The translations under genes and the position numbers were made by a program. Below, piece after piece: positions 1 through 2,644 of a stretch of 2,644 nucleotides of DNA. Below the pieces are notes generated by a model. It was not told the DNA's origin. It saw only the letters and a program-made list of their open reading frames with translations, and ran no database searches. Numbering within the stretch: the stretch's first letter is position 1; every line of letters starts with the position of its first letter. The DNA is from Naegleria gruberi (Eukaryota): assembly GCA_000004985.1 (NCBI GenBank), contig GG739253.1; one strand, given 5' to 3'.

Positions 1-32
1 CTATCATTTACTATAGACATTTGACATGATGT

Positions 33-118
33 CATAGATTACACTCCAACTCACTCACTTTACATACAGTCAATCTAGAATTGATACCACATAGAGTATA
101 CATAAGTTAAATACACTG
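33..118 (+). repeat. Copy 1 of a degenerate dispersed direct repeat (core catagATTACAcTCCAaCTCAcTCActtTACA, then ~20 nt, then cata.AGTAT....AATACACT)
   Basis: 24 of 29 positions are identical to the copy at 939-967. The downstream half (cata g AGTAT acataagtt AAATACACT, ~90-118) matches the copy at 348-418. Confidence 0.5.
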
Positions 119-347
119 TATATAGTTTGGAAACAATTCGTATTACTTACAATTAGTCAGTCAGTTAATGTTCAATGTCAAAAGTGATTATATCCAAGTG
201 TACACTCTATCTCAATGAATGTACATCCTATCATCATGTAACTTTACCAGATACGTTTAATCATACTATTATACATATGGTATCAATTTAAGTCTATTAG
301 AGTTGAATTCAGTATGATAATAATAACAATCTGCCAAATTGTCAGAT

Positions 348-418
348 TTCAACATATAGAATATACTCCATCTCATTCATTTTACAAAATATCATACAAG
401 TATCAAATATGAATACAC
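348..418 (+). repeat. Copy 2 of the same degenerate direct repeat (catatagaatatacTCCATCTCATTCATTTTACAAaat ... catacaAGTATcaaatatgAATACACTc)
   Basis: The core 367-387 tccatctcattcattttacaa matches 951-970 tccatctcagtcatttcaac at 16 of 17 positions over the first 17 nt, and also matches 44-67. The downstream AGTAT...AATACACT half matches copy 1. Confidence 0.5.
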
Positions 419-730
419 TCTTCTTGGTGAGGAGAACAATCTGTGAGAGTTTCATATTGATGGCTCAATATCTTCAACTCAAGAACATCTAAGGTAATAA
501 ATAGGGAAGAATCTTAATTCCAAAATTAAATTTTACTATCATATCAAAATCATTGAATAATGAATTATTTATACAAGAATAATATATTCAATTGTTATAC
601 TCATGTCAGTAATCAGTGAAGGTGATACTTCTTCAACAGTAGTTTTCACATCTCAATATGTAGACAGTCAATTCCACTGAAACTTGAAATATTACCTATC
701 TAGATGATAGAATGATGACTCTCCATTGTA

Positions 731-740
731 ACATGCATGT
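731..740. repeat. Perfect 10-bp palindrome acatgcatgt (ATGCAT core). A related 8-bp palindrome tgcatgca lies at 1292-1299.
   Basis: The reverse complement of acatgcatgt equals itself, and the same holds for tgcatgca at 1292-1299. Confidence 0.7.
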
Positions 741-938
741 GAAATTGAATGTTGACAGTTTACATCTTGTTATATTTATAGAGATGGTATCCAACAGAGT
801 CAGTTCATAATATTAAATATTGAAACTCATTCTGTATGACATGTTTGATGTATAGAACGGTTTTTTATTGAATATAATCAGTTTGAAATAATTTGATGAA
901 ATTGACACTGTCTAGTCACCATTACATAACAAATAGAC

Positions 939-970
939 CATAGTTTACATTCCATCTCAGTCATTTCAAC
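939..970 (+). repeat. Copy 3 (core only) of the same degenerate direct repeat (catagTTTACATTCCATCTCAgTCATTTcaac)
   Basis: Aligned base by base to 33-63 (24/29) and to 365-387. Same orientation. The downstream half is not clearly retained. Confidence 0.45.
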
Positions 971-1174
971 GAGTTATTGATTAATTCAACCAACATTATG
1001 TTTCTCATACATTGTAGTACAGTTTATATTTCAAGAGTGATTTCTATGTAGATTTTTATATTTCAAATAGATTATTCAATATAGAACACATCTAGATAGT
1101 TTCCATATCATAAAAGTCAAGCTACTATATATGGTCTTTGATTAAATTTAAAAATAGACTGCCGTTAATTACTG

Positions 1175-1188
1175 GAATATTAATATTC
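1175..1188. repeat. Perfect 14-bp palindrome gaatattaatattc. It sits next to the hairpin-forming agcttg-ttgat-caagct (1191-1207, which contains the palindrome ttgatcaa) and ttgatt-ga-aatcaa (1209-1222).
   Basis: Checked base by base: the reverse complement of gaatattaatattc equals itself. agcttg and caagct are exact reverse complements. Confidence 0.7.
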
Positions 1189-1327
1189 AAAGCTTGTTGA
1201 TCAAGCTATTGATTGAAATCAAACCGATTATTGAATATTGATCATTGAATTGGAGAAGACTCACTCTCTTGATAATGTTACTTATTCATATTGCATGCAA
1301 ATCAACCTGATTCAATCTACAAAGGTT

Positions 1328-1358
1328 GGTAGTTGCACCACTTCGTGGCGAAACTACC
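1328..1358. other. Isolated GC-rich hairpin: 7-bp stem ggtagtt/aactacc enclosing a second 4-5 bp stem (c..ccac/gtgg..g) with a ttc loop. Function unknown.
   Basis: 1328-1334 ggtagtt pairs perfectly with 1352-1358 aactacc. Inside, 1338-1341 ccac pairs with 1345-1348 gtgg (plus the c1336-g1350 pair) around loop 1342-1344 ttc. The block 1324-1370 (ggttggtagttgcaccacttcgtggcgaaactacccatccacgatc) is the most GC-rich island in the noncoding region. Confidence 0.45.
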
Positions 1359-2011
1359 CATCCACGATCAATCAACATATGTTTCACTTCCATTCAACTC
1401 AATTTGACAGTTATAAACAATAAATCAATGAAATGTTACTTTATTAGCAATACCTATTCAATCTAATGAGTAGATTCACGTCCCAAACATTTGACTTCTC
1501 AAAGTCCATAATACAAAAGTTAGTTCTGACCTGACCTTTAAATATCTATCAATATAAGAAATGAAGCCATCAAATTTACATCATTTATAGATGATAAGAA
1601 ATATAATCAATGATATAAATCTTCACTAAGTAATCTCTTAAATAACCCAAATAAATCAACTCTGAATCCTAACCAAACCCCATGATGATGATTCACCAAC
1701 TTGAATTTTTCCAATATCAAAATTACTATCTAATTCCATAACGATAAACTTCCACATAAAACTACTATTATTACTATTATATTGATGATGTATAGATGAT
1801 GAGGTTCAATTCTTGGAGTGGGAAGATGAAGAACCACTCCGAAAATAAGCTACTCATAAAATTGATATTTTTTATGAATGCAAGATACATCTTTGTTGAG
1901 TTTACTATGAATATTCTTTCGATGTCTTTGAGGCTCAAAACTGTGCAATTGGCTTAGGACTCAAAACTATTAAGGAAGTATTGCTTCCATTTTTATTTTG
2001 CTTACTGGATT

Positions 2012-2049
2012 TTCCAGGAAAGATTTTTTTAAGAAACTCCTTCCTGGAA
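2012..2049. promoter_or_regulatory. Pair of TTCCNGGAA palindromic nonamers (ttccaggaa 2012-2020 and ttcctggaa 2041-2049). They are exact reverse complements of each other, 20 nt apart, and sit ~90-125 nt upstream of the ATG at 2137.
   Basis: Read directly from the sequence. Each nonamer is a palindrome around a single centre base (a versus t). Together they can form a 9-bp stem with a 20-nt loop in DNA or in a 5' leader. Confidence 0.3.
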
Positions 2050-2136
2050 TACCCCAGCCAGAAATCCTTACGGCCACATCTGAAACCAGAAGAAAAGGTT
2101 GCTGCCACTACTAATCAACAAGTTGTTGTTGTTGAA

Positions 2137-2283
2137 ATGACAGAACAACCAAAGGAAGTAGAGAACGTTGTTGAAGAACAAACAATTTCCACACAAGAGC
2201 TACTCAACAAGAACAAGTTGTGTGGTGAATGTGTTGCTGTTGTTGTTGGTGACGATGAAAATAATGGTGAATCACAAGTTTAA
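2137..2283 (+). CDS. Candidate small ORF of 48 aa (MTEQPKEVENVVEEQTISTQELLNKNKLCGECVAVVVGDDENNGESQV*). Alternatively it is the terminal exon of a gene whose start lies upstream. Product unknown.
   Basis: The first in-frame ATG is at 2137-2139 and the TAA stop at 2281-2283. Codon use is strongly yeast-like (gtt, gaa, caa, ggt, aag, ttg). AATAAA overlaps the stop. The track's 100-aa version starts at a TTG (1981) and the frame is actually open back to a TGA at 1897-1899 with no ATG, so the true 5' end is unresolved. Confidence 0.35.
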   Translation: MTEQPKEVENVVEEQTISTQELLNKNKLCGECVAVVVGDDENNGESQV

Positions 2284-2288
2284 ATAAA
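2283..2288 (+). terminator. AATAAA poly(A)/3'-end positioning signal for the + strand ORF
   Basis: aataaa at 2283-2288 overlaps the TAA stop (2281-2283), followed by T-rich sequence (ctttgaatatttttc). Confidence 0.3.
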
Positions 2289-2315
2289 CTTTGAATATTT
2301 TTCATCATTCCATCA

Positions 2316-2321
2316 TTTATT
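2316..2321 (-). terminator. AATAAA poly(A)/3'-end signal for the - strand gene (+ strand tttatt)
   Basis: + strand tttatt at 2316-2321 reads AATAAA on the - strand, 54 nt 3' of the - strand stop. The two convergent genes therefore have 3' signals that pass each other within a 91-bp spacer. Confidence 0.3.
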
Positions 2322-2374
2322 TTCATCACTATGGTATTTTGCTTTGAGAACTGAGTTCTGAGCTGAAAATGAAA

Positions 2375-2644
2375 TTACAAATTACTCTCTGGTGATTTCA
2401 CTTCTTTTTCCAATGTTACAGAATTTGTTGAATCCATGGCCACGCCATTCGACGCTTCAGATGTAACAACAGATGGTGTTGATGGCACACTTGACATGGA
2501 ATCAATCAATTTCATAGTATTTTTCAATTCTTGTTGTTGATTATTCACATTTCCAACTTGATCAATTCCTGCTTCCTCTCTCCACTGTTGTAAAATATCC
2601 CTCGTTTTCTTTGATTGATTTTTCAACCTTTCGAATACATCTGT
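2375..2644 (-). CDS. Partial CDS: the C-terminal 89 codons plus stop of a longer protein-coding gene that continues past the right window edge. Product unknown. The tail is Ser/Thr/Asn/Gln-rich: ...TDVFERLKNQSKKTRDILQQWREEAGIDQVGNVNNQQQELKNTMKLIDSMSSVPSTPSVVTSEASNGVAMDSTNSVTLEKEVKSPESNL*
   Basis: The - strand frame is open from the TAA stop (+ strand tta at 2375-2377) through the last complete codon at 2642-2644 (cct/ttc/gaa/tac/atc/tgt translate on the - strand to R,E,F,V,D,T). The track's 'M' at 2624-2626 is a TTG codon (+ strand caa) and not a real start. The stretch is 90 codons without a stop in AT-rich DNA, with yeast-like codon choice and an AATAAA (+ strand tttatt, 2316-2321) 54 nt downstream of the stop. 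Confidence 0.6.
   Translation of the reverse strand, partial: TDVFERLKNQSKKTRDILQQWREEAGIDQVGNVNNQQQELKNTMKLIDSMSSVPSTPSVVTSEASNGVAMDSTNSVTLEKEVKSPESNL

Larger units (their letters stand above)
1..1899. other. Long ORF-free AT-rich intergenic or regulatory region with C>G and A>T strand asymmetry on the + strand
   Basis: No six-frame ORF of 60 aa or more in 1-1237. The only call (1238-1423) is a TTG-start artefact. Per-60-nt hand counts give G around 8-12% against C around 15-25%. The tract 1631-1784 contains only 6 G. Confidence 0.5.

Noticed and set aside
318-328. Short (ATA)n and (TAT/TAC)n runs (318-328, 1761-1781) as microsatellites
   Set aside because: They are only about 3-6 units, interrupted, and typical of AT-rich DNA. 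Not noteworthy.
1021-1064. Two near matches to the S. cerevisiae ARS consensus WTTTAYRTTTW (gtttatatttc at 1022-1032, 9/11; ttttatatttc at 1054-1064, 10/11)
   Set aside because: The organism is unknown and ACS-like 11-mers are frequent in about 70% AT DNA. I could not identify B elements. Not reportable as an origin without functional or comparative data.
1324-1370. tRNA gene or tRNA relic at the GC-rich island
   Set aside because: There is no GGTTCGANTCC-type T-loop, no cloverleaf with a 7-bp acceptor plus D and anticodon arms, and no A/B box spacing. Only a simple nested hairpin is present.
1238-1423. 61-aa '+' ORF from the six-frame track (MIIELEKTHSLDNV...)
   Set aside because: Its start is a TTG (1238-1240), not an ATG, and the first ATG leaves only 42 codons. 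Its codon and amino-acid composition are typical of AT-rich noncoding DNA (many Ser/Thr/His/Gln/Asn, with Phe and Tyr scattered). It overlaps the GC-rich hairpin. The likely cause is a bacterial-table ORF-caller artefact.
1614-1620. TATAAAT at 1614-1620 (and tatatag at 119-125, tatatat at 1126-1132) as core promoter TATA boxes
   Set aside because: TATA-like heptamers are expected many times by chance in this composition and none is positioned convincingly (40-120 nt upstream of a mapped TSS). A TSS cannot be assigned from sequence alone.
1826-1957. 43-codon ATG ORF in + frame 2 (MKNHSENKLLIKLIFFMNARYIFVEFTMNILSMSLRLKTVQLA*) as a possible first exon or uORF
   Set aside because: It is short, hydrophobic and AT-codon-driven with no codon bias. 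I could not find a convincing GTATGT/GTAAGT donor linking it to the downstream frame. It is mentioned only as context for the open-frame finding.
1981-2283. 100-aa '+' ORF as called by the track (MLPFLFCLLDFPGK...)
   Set aside because: The 'M' is a TTG at 1981 and the upstream 50 codons use rare codons (ctg three times, ccc, agc, cgg) unlike the downstream part. Only 2137-2283, or a spliced alternative, is defensible as coding.
1-2644. Prokaryotic-style novel system (defence island, CRISPR array, toxin-antitoxin, integron, phage module)
   Set aside because: There are no direct-repeat/spacer arrays, no compact same-strand gene cluster and no RBS-like signals. Composition, codon usage and AATAAA signals indicate eukaryotic (yeast-like) nuclear DNA. 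Only two gene ends are present.

Overview
The window is AT-rich (about 28-30% GC by eye) and looks eukaryotic: it has AATAAA-type 3' signals, no Shine-Dalgarno-led compact operon structure, and budding-yeast-like codon choice (GTT, GAA, CAA, GGT, TTG, AAG) in its two coding segments. The taxonomic placement is inference only. From left to right the layout is: (i) a ~1.9 kb ORF-free, G-depleted region (1-~1900) holding several old degenerate direct repeats, one isolated GC-rich hairpin and a cluster of palindromes; (ii) a small candidate + strand ORF ending at 2283; (iii) a 91-bp spacer; (iv) the C-terminal 89 codons of a - strand gene that runs off the right edge. The supplied ORF track calls TTG starts (bacterial-style table), so its 61-aa and 100-aa '+' ORFs and the 'M' of the - ORF should not be taken at face value. 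I see no CRISPR array, tRNA or rRNA, recognisable mobile-element ends, or anything resembling a novel multi-gene system. This is ordinary intergenic DNA plus gene ends. Its most checkable oddities are the dispersed direct repeats, a frame that stays open for 78 codons upstream of the only in-frame ATG, and an isolated GC-rich hairpin.
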